NCBI RefSeq assembly: GCF_035685985.1
Contig: NZ_DASRZV010000013.1
Location: forward strand, 15,624 to 79,623
Direction of reading: 5' to 3'
Length of the DNA stretch: 64,000 nt
DNA from: Baekduia sp.
GTDB lineage: Bacteria; Actinomycetota; Thermoleophilia; Solirubrobacterales; Solirubrobacteraceae
The notes below the pieces were generated by a model, which ran no database searches, was not told the origin of the DNA, and worked only from the letters and a program-made list of their open reading frames with translations. A program made the translations under genes and the position numbers. Positions 9,820 to 19,192 of this stretch are shown here, one piece after another. The first letter of the stretch is position 1. Every line of letters begins with the position of its first letter.

Positions 9820-10539
9820 GTGAGCACCGACGTGGTCGACGAGACCGAGCTGTGGGACCTCGAGACGCTGGCCGGCGCGCGCCGGCTCGGCGACTGGATG
9901 TTCGAGCAGTTCGCGCCGCTGGTGCGCGGGCGCGCGGTCGAGGTCGGCGCGGGGATCGGCACGTTCTCGGAGCGGATGCTCGAGCACGGCGTCGACGAGG
10001 CGCTGCTGATCGAGCCCGAGGTGCCGTGCGCGGCGCGGCTGCGCGAGCGCTTCGGCGCGCGCGGCGACGTCACGGTCTCGCGCGACCTCATCCCCGGCTC
10101 GCCCGCGCTGGACGCCTGGGCGGGCAGCGTCGACTTCCTGCTCTGCCAGAACGTGCTGGAGCACATCGCCGACGAGCGCGACGCGGTCGGCGCGATGGCC
10201 GAGGCGCTGGCCCCGGGCGGCGCGCTCGGGCTGCTCGTCCCGGCCCACCCGTGGCTGTTCGGCAACCTCGACCGCCGCTTCGGCCACGAGCGCCGCTACA
10301 CCCGTGACCACCTGCGCGACGTGATCGAGGGCGCGGGCCTGCGCGTCGAGCGCCTCTACTCCTTCAACATGCTCGGCGTGGCCGGCTGGATCGTCAACCG
10401 CCACCGCCGCAACCCGCAGATCGACGCCCGCTCGCTGCGCGCCTACGAGCTGCTGCTGCCGCCCTTCCGCGCGCTGGAGCGCCGCCGCACGCCGCCGTTC
10501 GGGCTCAGTTTGATCGTTCACGCGCGCAGGCCCGCATGA
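9820..10539 (+). CDS. Class I SAM-dependent methyltransferase
   Basis: GTG at 9820; EVGAGIG, NVLEHI.D, L.PGG, D...GH.RRY and PFGLS motifs, of the type found in glycan clusters. Confidence 0.85.
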   Translation: MSTDVVDETELWDLETLAGARRLGDWMFEQFAPLVRGRAVEVGAGIGTFSERMLEHGVDEALLIEPEVPCAARLRERFGARGDVTVSRDLIPGSPALDAWAGSVDFLLCQNVLEHIADERDAVGAMAEALAPGGALGLLVPAHPWLFGNLDRRFGHERRYTRDHLRDVIEGAGLRVERLYSFNMLGVAGWIVNRHRRNPQIDARSLRAYELLLPPFRALERRRTPPFGLSLIVHARRPA

Positions 10540-10940
10540 CCGTTGCGCTGCGCGTCGCGCTCGTCGTCGCCGGGGTCGCGCTGGTCGTCGCGGGCGTGCG
10601 GCGCGAGCAGGGCCACGACGCGTGCGCGTCGGCGCGGTCCGACACCTTCAACATCGCGCTGAAGCGCGCGCCCGCGAGCGACGCGCCCGCCGTCGCACGG
10701 CGTCTCACCGCGCACTGCCGCGACACCGCGATCATCGCCGAGAGCGCGGTCGCGCTGCTGCGCGTGGACCAGACCGGGCCCGCGCTCGCGCTGGCCCGGA
10801 CCGTCACGCGCCGCGAGCCGGACGTCCGCAACGGCTGGGTCGCGCTCTCGCTGGCCCAGCGCAAGGCGGGCGACGCGCGGGCCGCCGACGCCGCGCTACA
10901 GCGCGCGCGCCGGCTCGATCCCGTCGGCCTGCGCCGCTGA
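10536..10940 (+). CDS. Small exported or membrane-anchored TPR-like protein
   Basis: ATGA overlap; N-terminal hydrophobic segment; 'EPD...W..L......G....A..A..RA..LDP' TPR-like pattern. Confidence 0.6.
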   Translation: MTVALRVALVVAGVALVVAGVRREQGHDACASARSDTFNIALKRAPASDAPAVARRLTAHCRDTAIIAESAVALLRVDQTGPALALARTVTRREPDVRNGWVALSLAQRKAGDARAADAALQRARRLDPVGLRR

Positions 10941-12176
10941 GACGGTTCCGGCGCTCGCGGGTGCCGGGGCGCGCCGCCGCGGCCGCGGGTCCTTGAACTT
11001 CAGGATCGGCCGCTCGACCAGGTAGTAGCTCAAGGTCGCCGCCACCGCCGCCACGCCGAAGACGACCAAGGTGTAGATGACGAAGCTGCCGTGCGAGGTC
11101 CAGTCCTGGACCTTGATGAACTTCTCGGTCAGCGGGTGGTGCCAGAGGAAGATCCCGTAGGAGATCAGCCCGAGCCAGGCGACCGGCCCGAACGCGAGGA
11201 TCCGGTGCGGCAGCGAGCGCGGCGAGACGATCGCCACCGTCGCGGGCACCGCGATCGCCACGGCGATCAACCCGTACAACAGGTGCTCCCAGAACCAGTC
11301 GCTCGCGGTGTAGACCTGCGGCGCGGTCGTCGGCAGGCCGATGTGGGTGACGATCGCGATCAGCCCGGCGGCCACGATCCACGAGATCCACGGGCGCCGG
11401 TCCAGCGCCCGCAGCGGCGCGGGCCGCACGTCGGCGCGGTGGTAGCGCGCGCTGACCACCGCCAGCGCCATCCCGAACGCGAACCACAGGAACGTGCCGG
11501 CGACCGTCCACGAGACCGTGTTGGGGTAGACCGACGAGCGGTGGTAGGACCACATCCGCACCGCGAACGACGCGGCGCCCAGGACCGCGAGCGCGACCAG
11601 CTCGGCGCGGACCTGCACCTTCACCGGCCGCCCTTCGAGCAGCCGCGCGCCGCCGATGGCCAGGAACGGCAGCAGGATGTAGAACTGCATCTCGCAGGCC
11701 AGCGACCACACCGTGTTGATCCCGCCGCCGATCCACGCGACCTTCAGGTTCTGCAAGAACCCGTAGTAGACGGGGACGTGGCCGAAGACGTCGCCGCGCA
11801 GGCCGGGCCAGATCGCCAGCACGGTCAGCGCCAGCCAGTAGGCAGGGACGATCCGCAGCAGCCGGCGGCGTCCGTAGCGCAGCACGCCGGGCGCCGGGCG
11901 GCCGTCCAGGCGCGCCGAGACGAACGGGCGGTACAGCAGGAAGCCCGAGATGATGAAGAACAGCGCGACGCCCATGTCGAAGCGCGAGATGACCCGGCCG
12001 AGCTGCCCGTGGCCGTTGAACCCCGAGATGAACGAGGTGTGGCCGATCAACACCATCAACGCGGCCACGGCGCGGAGGCCGTCGACGAGCGGGAACCGCG
12101 GGTTGCCGGGCGGGGGCCGCAGCGCCTCCGGGGCCTCTTCCGGGATCGCGGTCCCGGGCGTCTCGTGGCCATGCAT
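10896..12176 (-). CDS. Acyltransferase family 3 (OafA/TmaT-like) membrane protein
   Basis: VDGLRAVAA, GVALFFIISGFLL, RR.LRI.PAY, WSL.CEMQFY and LG.ISYGIFLWH motifs. Confidence 0.92.
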   Translation of the reverse strand: MHGHETPGTAIPEEAPEALRPPPGNPRFPLVDGLRAVAALMVLIGHTSFISGFNGHGQLGRVISRFDMGVALFFIISGFLLYRPFVSARLDGRPAPGVLRYGRRRLLRIVPAYWLALTVLAIWPGLRGDVFGHVPVYYGFLQNLKVAWIGGGINTVWSLACEMQFYILLPFLAIGGARLLEGRPVKVQVRAELVALAVLGAASFAVRMWSYHRSSVYPNTVSWTVAGTFLWFAFGMALAVVSARYHRADVRPAPLRALDRRPWISWIVAAGLIAIVTHIGLPTTAPQVYTASDWFWEHLLYGLIAVAIAVPATVAIVSPRSLPHRILAFGPVAWLGLISYGIFLWHHPLTEKFIKVQDWTSHGSFVIYTLVVFGVAAVAATLSYYLVERPILKFKDPRPRRRAPAPASAGTVSAAQADGIEPARAL

Positions 12177-12202
12177 CGGCCGCCGAGTCTACGCTTGGCC
12201 CC

Positions 12203-13498
12203 ATGCGGTTGACCTTCCGGCGCGCGCTGCCGGCCATCGCGCTGCTGGCGCTCGTCGTGCGGGTCGTCTACGTGCTGACCACCAAGGACTTCCCGGTCGT
12301 GGGCGACGCGCTCGCGTTCCACCTGGAGGGCCAGCACCTGGCCGACGGCGAGGGCTTCCGCCGCGCGCTGGAGGACCAGCCGACCGCCGAGTACCCGCCG
12401 CTGCACATCGTCTTCGTGGCCGTCGCCGACCTGCTCGGGCTGCACTCGATCACCGCCCAGAAGCTGTTCTTCAGCGTGATCGGGACCGGCACCGTGGTGC
12501 TCGTCGCGCTGCTGGGGCGGGAGGCGACGCGCTCGGCGCGGGTCGGCGTCGTCGCGGGCCTGATCGCGGCGCTGTACCCGATGCTGTGGATGCCCGACGG
12601 CGCGCTGATGGCCGAGACGACCTACGGGCTGTTCGTCACGGCGACGCTGCTGGCGGCGGTGCGGCTGCTGCGCGCGCCGTCGACCGGGCGGGCGGTCGCG
12701 CTGGGCGTCCTGGGCGCCCTGGCGGCGCTGACGCGCGGCGAGGGGCTGGGCCTGTTGGCACTGCTCGGGCTGGTGATCGCGTGGCGCGTCAAGCCGACCT
12801 GGGGTGAACGCGCGCGTCTCCTCGCGGTCACCGCGCTCGCCGTCGTCGTCGTGATCGCGCCGTGGACGATCCGCAACCTGGCGACGTTCGCCACGCCGGT
12901 CCCGATCTCGTCCAACGCCAACGAGATCTGGGTCGGCGCCAACTGCCACGACGTCTACTACGGCCCGCTGATCGGCTCCTGGAAGTTCGACTGCTACGGC
13001 GCCCGGCCCGCGGGCGACGAGGCGCAGCGCGCCGTCGAGTACCGGCGCCGCGGGCTGGACTACATGAAGGACCACGCCGGGCGGTTGCCGGTCGTCGCGG
13101 CGGCGCGTGTCGGGCGGCTGCTGGACGTCTACCGACCGTGGCGGCAGGGCGCGTTCATCAGCGCGGGCGAGGGCCGCCACCCGCGCGCCACGCACCTCGG
13201 GCTGGTCTTCTACTGGTTCTTGATCCCGTTCGCGATCTGCGGCGCGCTGCTGCTGCGACGGCGCCGCGAGCCGGCGCTGGCCGTGCTGCTGACGCCGGTC
13301 GTCCTGGTGCTGTTGGTCGGGATCGTGACCTACGGCTCGACGCGGTTCCGCTTCGCGGCCGAGCCGTCGCTGGTCGTGCTCGGCGCGGTCTCGGTCGAGA
13401 CGCTGCTGCGGGCGATCATCAGGCCGGCGAGGAGGACCGCGACGAGCGAGAGCGCGGGCATCTCCCAGTCCCAGTCGATCGAGGCGTGGAAGGCGTAG
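12203..13498 (+). CDS. GT-C (ArnT/PMT, GT39-like) membrane glycosyltransferase
   Basis: GDA..F after TM1, YPPL, L.AET, ALTRGE, PWTIRN and G..RFR motifs; many TM segments. Confidence 0.8.
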   Translation: MRLTFRRALPAIALLALVVRVVYVLTTKDFPVVGDALAFHLEGQHLADGEGFRRALEDQPTAEYPPLHIVFVAVADLLGLHSITAQKLFFSVIGTGTVVLVALLGREATRSARVGVVAGLIAALYPMLWMPDGALMAETTYGLFVTATLLAAVRLLRAPSTGRAVALGVLGALAALTRGEGLGLLALLGLVIAWRVKPTWGERARLLAVTALAVVVVIAPWTIRNLATFATPVPISSNANEIWVGANCHDVYYGPLIGSWKFDCYGARPAGDEAQRAVEYRRRGLDYMKDHAGRLPVVAAARVGRLLDVYRPWRQGAFISAGEGRHPRATHLGLVFYWFLIPFAICGALLLRRRREPALAVLLTPVVLVLLVGIVTYGSTRFRFAAEPSLVVLGAVSVETLLRAIIRPARRTATSESAGISQSQSIEAWKA

Positions 13499-14856
13499 GC
13501 GACGAGTGCGGCGGCCGGGCCGGCCGCGAGCGCGGGGTCGGCGGCCAGCACGCGGCGCGTCGCCAGGATGACGCCGGCGGCCAGCAGCGCCAGCGCGGCG
13601 GCGCCGATCAGCCCCAGCTCGGCGAGCGTCTCGATCGGCAGCGAGTGCGCGTCGCGCGCGGGGCTGGCCTCCTTGCGCTCGCGCAGCCACTCGACGGCGA
13701 AGCCGCCCGCGCCGACGCCCTGCACGGGGTGGTCGGCGAACGATCCGACGGCCACGCGCCAGTACGCGTAGCGCGGCGAGTCGGCCGACGCGAGGCGGCT
13801 CGTGGACGAGCCGAAGCGCGGGTCGACCGAGGACGGCGTGTCGCTGCCGGCGGCGATCGCGACCGGCACCACCAACATCGCGGCCACCAGCGCCGCGGCG
13901 ACCCAGCCGTGGCGCGAGGGGAGCGGCAGGCGGCCCAGGCGCGCGCTGCGGTCGTGCTCGACCCGGACCGCCCAGGCCTGCGTCAGCACGGCGACGACCA
14001 TGACGCCCAGCAGCCCGACGAGGACCGCCGCGCCCTGCAGCGACGGATGGCTGCCGTGCAGCGTGCGGACGTACGGCGAGGCGGCGGTCAGCGCGGCGCC
14101 GACGATCCCGGCCTCGGCGGCGATCGCGACCGCGCGCAGCTGGGTGAACGACGGCGCGACGGCCAGCAGCACGACCAGGCCCGCGGCGCAGGCGGCGATC
14201 GCGCCGCGCGAGAACGTCAGGTAGAGCCCGGCGAAGAGCGGGACGGCGGCGGCCGCGGCGGCGCAGCGCAGCGCGGGCGCCCGCGTGTGGTCCCCGGCGA
14301 GACGCGCCGCCAGCACCGCGCCGACCGCCGCCAGCGCGCCCATCGCGTTCCAGTAGGTCAGCGGCTGGTCGAGGCGGCCGCCGGCCGACGCGGAGGGGAT
14401 GACGTGCAGGACGTCGGGCAGCAGGCGGCCGAGCAGCCCGTAGCCGACGACGACGACCGCGCCCGCGACCAGGACGGGCTCGACGACCCGGGCCAGGACG
14501 CGGGGCTCGGCGAGGAGCAGGCCGGCGGCGGCCAGGGCCGCGAGGTAGAGCGCGTCGCGCTCGGCGGTCGCCCAGGCGGGATCCGACGACGGCGCCCACG
14601 CGGTGCTGATCGCCGTCCACGCGGTGAGCGCGGCGAGGCCGCCGACGGCCAGCAGGCCCGGGGTGCTCAGGCGCGGCCGGGGCACCACGAGCGCGGTCAG
14701 CAGGAGGACCACGCCCGCGCCGACCAGCGCCACGTCGCGCGCGCCCTCGAAGTAGCCGCCGTCGGCGAAGGCCAGCGCGGTGGGCGCCAGCAGCGCCAGC
14801 AGCGCGACGACGAGGCGGCCGGCGGGGAGGCGGCTGCTGGGGGAGGGCGGTCGCAT
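13330..14856 (-). CDS. O-antigen ligase (Wzy_C/WaaL-like) family protein
   Basis: GRL..PLTYWNA, LTFSRGA, R.AYW..A, G.GAGGF, AHSL..ETLAELG.IG motifs. Start at ATG 14856 is supported by a TACGCT -10-like hexamer. Confidence 0.85.
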   Translation of the reverse strand: MRPPSPSSRLPAGRLVVALLALLAPTALAFADGGYFEGARDVALVGAGVVLLLTALVVPRPRLSTPGLLAVGGLAALTAWTAISTAWAPSSDPAWATAERDALYLAALAAAGLLLAEPRVLARVVEPVLVAGAVVVVGYGLLGRLLPDVLHVIPSASAGGRLDQPLTYWNAMGALAAVGAVLAARLAGDHTRAPALRCAAAAAAVPLFAGLYLTFSRGAIAACAAGLVVLLAVAPSFTQLRAVAIAAEAGIVGAALTAASPYVRTLHGSHPSLQGAAVLVGLLGVMVVAVLTQAWAVRVEHDRSARLGRLPLPSRHGWVAAALVAAMLVVPVAIAAGSDTPSSVDPRFGSSTSRLASADSPRYAYWRVAVGSFADHPVQGVGAGGFAVEWLRERKEASPARDAHSLPIETLAELGLIGAAALALLAAGVILATRRVLAADPALAAGPAAALVAYAFHASIDWDWEMPALSLVAVLLAGLMIARSSVSTETAPSTTSDGSAAKRNRVEP

Positions 14857-14887
14857 CGGCGGGCCAGCGTATCTTTCGCGCGGCTGC

Positions 14888-17800
14888 ATGCGCCGCCGTC
14901 CCGTCGTCCTGCCCCTTGCCCTCGCGGCGCTGTCCTACGTCCTGGCCCTGATCCAGCGGCCGGGCGCGGTCGTCGCCGACACGAAGGTCCACCTCTACCT
15001 GGCCCCGTGGCGCTTCCTGCGCGACGTGCTGTCGCTGTGGTCCTCCTCGCCGGACCTCGGGCACGTGTGGGCGTCGCAGTACGGCGGCTACGCGTGGCCG
15101 ATGGCGCCGTGGTTCGCGCTCGGCGACGCGGTCGGGCTGCCGGTCTGGGTCGTCCATCGCCTCTGGCTGGGGACGATCTTCTTCCTGGCCGCGTGGGGCG
15201 TCGTGCGGTTGTTGGACGCCTTGCTGTCGCGCGAGCGCGGCGTCGCGCACGCGGTGGCGGGCGCGCTGTACGTGGTCAACCCGTTCGTGACGGTCTACTC
15301 CGACCGCGCGTCGGTGACGCTGCTGGCCTACGCGGCGCTGCCGTGGCTGATGCTCGCCACGCACCGGATGCTGCGCGAGCCGCGCGGCTGGCGCTGGCCG
15401 ATCGTCTTCGCGCTCGTGCTGGCGACGGCGGGCGGCGGGGTCAACGCGGCGACGACCGTGTGGGTGCTCGTCGGGCCGTTGTCGTTGGCGTCGTACGAGC
15501 TGGCGTTCTGCGAGGTGCGGTGGCGGGGCGTGGTGGGGCCGGCGCTGGCGCGCCTGGTGCCGGTGGCCCTGGTGGCCAACATCTGGTGGTTGATCCCGTT
15601 GTTGGTGGCCGGTCGCGGCGCGCCCAACTTCCTGGTCTTCACCGAGCAGCCCGGGACGATCTGGTCGACGACGTCGCTGCCCGAGTCCCTGCGGTTGATG
15701 GGCTTCTGGACGTCCTACGTCGGCGTCGGCTACGGCGGCGTGCTGCGGCCCTACCAGGGCTCGGCGCCCGCGATGTTGTTGTTGATGCCGGTCGTGCTGG
15801 CCGGGCTGGCGTGGCCGGCGACCGCGCTGGGGACGTTTCAGTGGACGCGACGCTGGCGCTACGCGCCGTTCTTCGTGATCTTGGCCCTTGTTGGTGTGGT
15901 GGTGATGGTCGCGGGCTGGCCGGAGGGCACGCCGCTGCGGACGGTCATCACCGGCGCCTACTACCGCGTCGACTCGCTGCAGCCGCTGCGCACGACCTAC
16001 AAGGCGGGGGCGCTGCTCGCGCTCGGGCTGGCGGTGCTGATCGGCGCGGCGGCGGGCGTCGCGTGGCGGCGCCTGCCGCGCGTCCTGGTCGGCGGCGCGG
16101 TCGCGGCGGTCGCGATCCTGGCGGCGTGGCCGCTGGTCACCGGCCGCGCGCTGGAGCGCCAGCTGAAGTTCGACGTGCCGTCGTCCTGGCGTCAGGCGGC
16201 GTCCGACCTGAGCGCCGAGCCGGACTCGTCGCGGGCGATGATCCTGCCCGGCCAGCTGTTCGCGTCCTACCGCTGGGGCGGGACGGTCGACGCGGTCCTC
16301 CCGGCGCTGACCGAGCACCCGGTGACGACGCGCTGGGTCGTGCCGTTCTCGGACCTGCGCTCGACCGAGCTGCAGTTCACGGTGGACAACATGGTCACCC
16401 AGGAGCGGCTGCGGCCCGGGCAGCTCGCGCCGCTGCTGGACCTGATGGGCGTCGGCGACGTGCTGATCGCCGCCGACGGCGACCGCTCGCGGTCGGGGGA
16501 GATGCCGGGCGCCGCGGCGCAGCGCGAGCTGGACGCGCAGCTGGGCGCGGCGGGCGCCGGGCAAGGCAAGGTGTATGGGTCCAAGCGCGTGGGCGCGGCG
16601 CCGGCGGCGGGGGAGATCGCGCCGACCGTGAGCGTGCCCGCGCTGCGCAGGGTCCCGGTGAAGACCGGCGGGCTCGTGCGCGTGCTGCCGCGCGACCCGC
16701 TGACCGTGGTCGACGGCGCGGGCGGCGGGCTGGCCGCGCTGGCCGCCTACGGCGCGCTGGACCCGAGCAGGCCCTACGAGTACGCGCCCGACACGGACGT
16801 GCGGGCCGCCGCGGCGCGCGGCGCGTCGTTCGTGATCTCCGACACCAACCGGCGGCGCGCGTTCGTGGCGCCGCGGCTGAAGGGCGCGCTCGGGCCGACG
16901 CTGCCGCGCGACGAGGGCATCAGCGTCGACGGGACGATCCTCGACCCGTTCGGCGACCTCGACCAGCGCGTGCAGACGACCGCCGAGGTCGGCGGGGGCA
17001 TCGCGAAGGTGACCGCGCCCGCGTCGCCGCAGGTCACGCAGTTCCCCGAGCAGCGGCCGTTCGCGGCGCTGGACGGCGACCCGTCGACCGCCTGGATCGC
17101 CGACCGCGCGCTGGTCCCGGCGCGGCACACGCTGACCGTGACGTTCCCGAGGGCGCGCGACGTCGACACGCTGCGGCTGCTGCCCTACGGCGACTCGCGC
17201 GGCGTCGTGAAGGCCGTGACGGTCAACGGGCGGCGGTTCGACGTCGCGCGCGGGTGGAACACGCTGAAGGTCGGGCTGCGCGGCGTGACGTCGCTCGAGG
17301 TCCACCTGGCGAAGGTGACCAAGCCGAAGCGGGCCCACGCGGGCGCGGGCGGGATCCGCGAGCTGGAGATCCCGGGGGTGAAGGCGACCGAGACGCTGCG
17401 GCCGCCGACCGACGTCGAGGACGCGCTGCGGGGCAGCGACCTGTCGCACAACGCGTTGACCTACATCCTGGACCGCACGACGACCGACGTGCCCGACGTC
17501 CAGCAGAAGGTCGTCGGCGAGCGCGGGGCTGGCCGGCAGCGCGACGCGCAGGACCCCGAGCCGCGGCTGCGGCGCGCGATCCACCCGCCGGCGGCGCGGA
17601 CCTATCGCGTGGACGGCTGGGGGAGCATGGGGGTCGACGCGCCGGACAGCGCGTTCGCGCGGTTGAGCGGCGTGGCGCGCGAGGCCGGCTTCGCCTCCTC
17701 GTCGCGGTTCGAGGGCCTCGGGCGCTACCGGGCGTCGGGCGCGTTCGACGGCGCCGGCGGGCGGGCGTGGATCGGCCAGTGGGTGCCGGGCCACGCGGCG

Positions 17801-19192
17801 TGGATCTCCTGGGCGACGCCGGGCGCCGTGAGCGTGCGGACGTTGCGGCTCGATCCGCCGTCGGTCCGCGTGCGCCTGCCTTCGCAGGTGCGGCTGGTGG
17901 TCGACGGCGTCGCCTCGGCCCCGGCGGCCGTCGGCGCCGACGGGACCGTGCGGCTCCCGGCGCCGGTCCGCGGCACGCGCTTCCGCCTGGAGGTCCTCGA
18001 CGCGGCGTTCCCGGCCGGGACGCCCGCGCGCGTGCGGCAGCGGCGCGCCGTGGGCATCGGCGAGATCCGCGGGGCGGGCGTGACGCCGGTGCAGGTCCCG
18101 CGCACGGGCACGGTCGACCTCCCGTGCGGCGCGGCGACCGCGACCGTCGGCGGCCGCCGCTACGACCTGCGCGCCACCGTCGACCGCGCCGCGCTGGACG
18201 CCGGGCGCCCGGTGCGGCTGCGCGGCTGCGGCACGGTGGACGTCCCGGCGCGCGACACGGCGATCGACGGCGGCACCGGTCCGCTGCGGGTCGACGGGCT
18301 GCGCCTGGCCTCCGCCGCGCCGGCGCCGGCGGCCGCGGCCGCGGGCGGCGGCACGGTCGTCAGCGCCGGCGACGACCACCACGGCGGCCGCACCGGCGTG
18401 AAGGTCGACGTGCGCGGCCCGTCCTACCTGATGCTCGGCGAGTCCTACGACCACGGCTGGCGCGCGACCTGCGACGGCCACGACCTCGGGACGCCGATCC
18501 CGCTGCAGGGCTACGCCAACGGCTGGCCGGTCGGCGCGGGCTGCCACGACGTCGCGTTCTCCTACAAGCCGCAGAAGCTCGCCGACGCCGGGTACCTCGT
18601 CTCCGGCGCGGGCTGCGCGGGCCTGCTCGCGCTGCTGGGGCTGGGCGCGTGGCGCCGGCGCCGGCGTGCCGGCTCCGCCGCGCCCGTGTCGCCTCGTGGT
18701 GAACTGGTCACCACGAGACGACACGCACCGCTCGCCGACGCCGGCCGCGACGCCGACGCCGGCCGCGACGCCGACGCCGACGCCGACGCCGGCCTCGCGC
18801 CGCTGCCCGAGCCGCCGGCGGCCGCGCCGCGGCCGCTGACCACGGCGGTCGCGATCGCGATCCCGGCGGCCGTCGTCGTCGCCGGCCTCTTCGGCCTGCG
18901 CGCGGGCGCCGTGGCGGCGCCGCTGCTGGCGCTCGTCTTCTGGCGCGGGCTCTCCGACCGCGTGCTCGGGCTGGCCGTGCTCGGCCTGCTCGGCGTCGTC
19001 GTGCCGCTGATCTACGTCGGCGTGGCGGTGTTCGGCGACGAGCACATCCTCGGCGGCAACAGCACGCGCTACGCCGCCGACCGCCTGGCCGCGCACTGGG
19101 TCGCGGTCGCGGCGCTCGTCCTGTTGGTGGTGGTGTTGGGCCGGACGCTGGCCGCCGCCCGCACGCGCGATCGCCTACCGTCCAAGCCGTGA
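14888..19192 (+). CDS. aftD: Alpha-(1->3)-arabinofuranosyltransferase AftD-like (DUF3367) multidomain GT-C protein
   Basis: PG.VVADTK..L, 'Q.GGYAWPMAPWF', LP.W..HRLW, GGVNA, E.LRL.G.W and DTNRRR motifs; F5/8-type 'AALDGDP.TAW' carbohydrate-binding repeats; C-terminal TM segments. Confidence 0.8.
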   Translation: MRRRPVVLPLALAALSYVLALIQRPGAVVADTKVHLYLAPWRFLRDVLSLWSSSPDLGHVWASQYGGYAWPMAPWFALGDAVGLPVWVVHRLWLGTIFFLAAWGVVRLLDALLSRERGVAHAVAGALYVVNPFVTVYSDRASVTLLAYAALPWLMLATHRMLREPRGWRWPIVFALVLATAGGGVNAATTVWVLVGPLSLASYELAFCEVRWRGVVGPALARLVPVALVANIWWLIPLLVAGRGAPNFLVFTEQPGTIWSTTSLPESLRLMGFWTSYVGVGYGGVLRPYQGSAPAMLLLMPVVLAGLAWPATALGTFQWTRRWRYAPFFVILALVGVVVMVAGWPEGTPLRTVITGAYYRVDSLQPLRTTYKAGALLALGLAVLIGAAAGVAWRRLPRVLVGGAVAAVAILAAWPLVTGRALERQLKFDVPSSWRQAASDLSAEPDSSRAMILPGQLFASYRWGGTVDAVLPALTEHPVTTRWVVPFSDLRSTELQFTVDNMVTQERLRPGQLAPLLDLMGVGDVLIAADGDRSRSGEMPGAAAQRELDAQLGAAGAGQGKVYGSKRVGAAPAAGEIAPTVSVPALRRVPVKTGGLVRVLPRDPLTVVDGAGGGLAALAAYGALDPSRPYEYAPDTDVRAAAARGASFVISDTNRRRAFVAPRLKGALGPTLPRDEGISVDGTILDPFGDLDQRVQTTAEVGGGIAKVTAPASPQVTQFPEQRPFAALDGDPSTAWIADRALVPARHTLTVTFPRARDVDTLRLLPYGDSRGVVKAVTVNGRRFDVARGWNTLKVGLRGVTSLEVHLAKVTKPKRAHAGAGGIRELEIPGVKATETLRPPTDVEDALRGSDLSHNALTYILDRTTTDVPDVQQKVVGERGAGRQRDAQDPEPRLRRAIHPPAARTYRVDGWGSMGVDAPDSAFARLSGVAREAGFASSSRFEGLGRYRASGAFDGAGGRAWIGQWVPGHAAWISWATPGAVSVRTLRLDPPSVRVRLPSQVRLVVDGVASAPAAVGADGTVRLPAPVRGTRFRLEVLDAAFPAGTPARVRQRRAVGIGEIRGAGVTPVQVPRTGTVDLPCGAATATVGGRRYDLRATVDRAALDAGRPVRLRGCGTVDVPARDTAIDGGTGPLRVDGLRLASAAPAPAAAAAGGGTVVSAGDDHHGGRTGVKVDVRGPSYLMLGESYDHGWRATCDGHDLGTPIPLQGYANGWPVGAGCHDVAFSYKPQKLADAGYLVSGAGCAGLLALLGLGAWRRRRRAGSAAPVSPRGELVTTRRHAPLADAGRDADAGRDADADADAGLAPLPEPPAAAPRPLTTAVAIAIPAAVVVAGLFGLRAGAVAAPLLALVFWRGLSDRVLGLAVLGLLGVVVPLIYVGVAVFGDEHILGGNSTRYAADRLAAHWVAVAALVLLVVVLGRTLAAARTRDRLPSKP
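18685..18725. repeat. 41-nt palindrome (18-5-18) inside the aftD-like CDS
   Basis: CGTGTCGCCTCGTGGTGA-ACTGG-TCACCACGAGACGACACG; 17 of 18 positions pair. Confidence 0.85.
18734..18793 (+). repeat. Short tandem GCCGAC/GCCGGCCGCGAC repeats encoding ADAGRDADAGRDADADADAG
   Basis: Read directly from the sequence. Confidence 0.75.

Noticed and set aside
12056-19096. 2346-aa minus-strand ORF, and the 1946-aa plus-strand ORF 12862-18702
   Set aside because: Arg/Gly/Pro-rich shadow frames over well-supported genes; stop codons are rare in off-frames of high-GC DNA.
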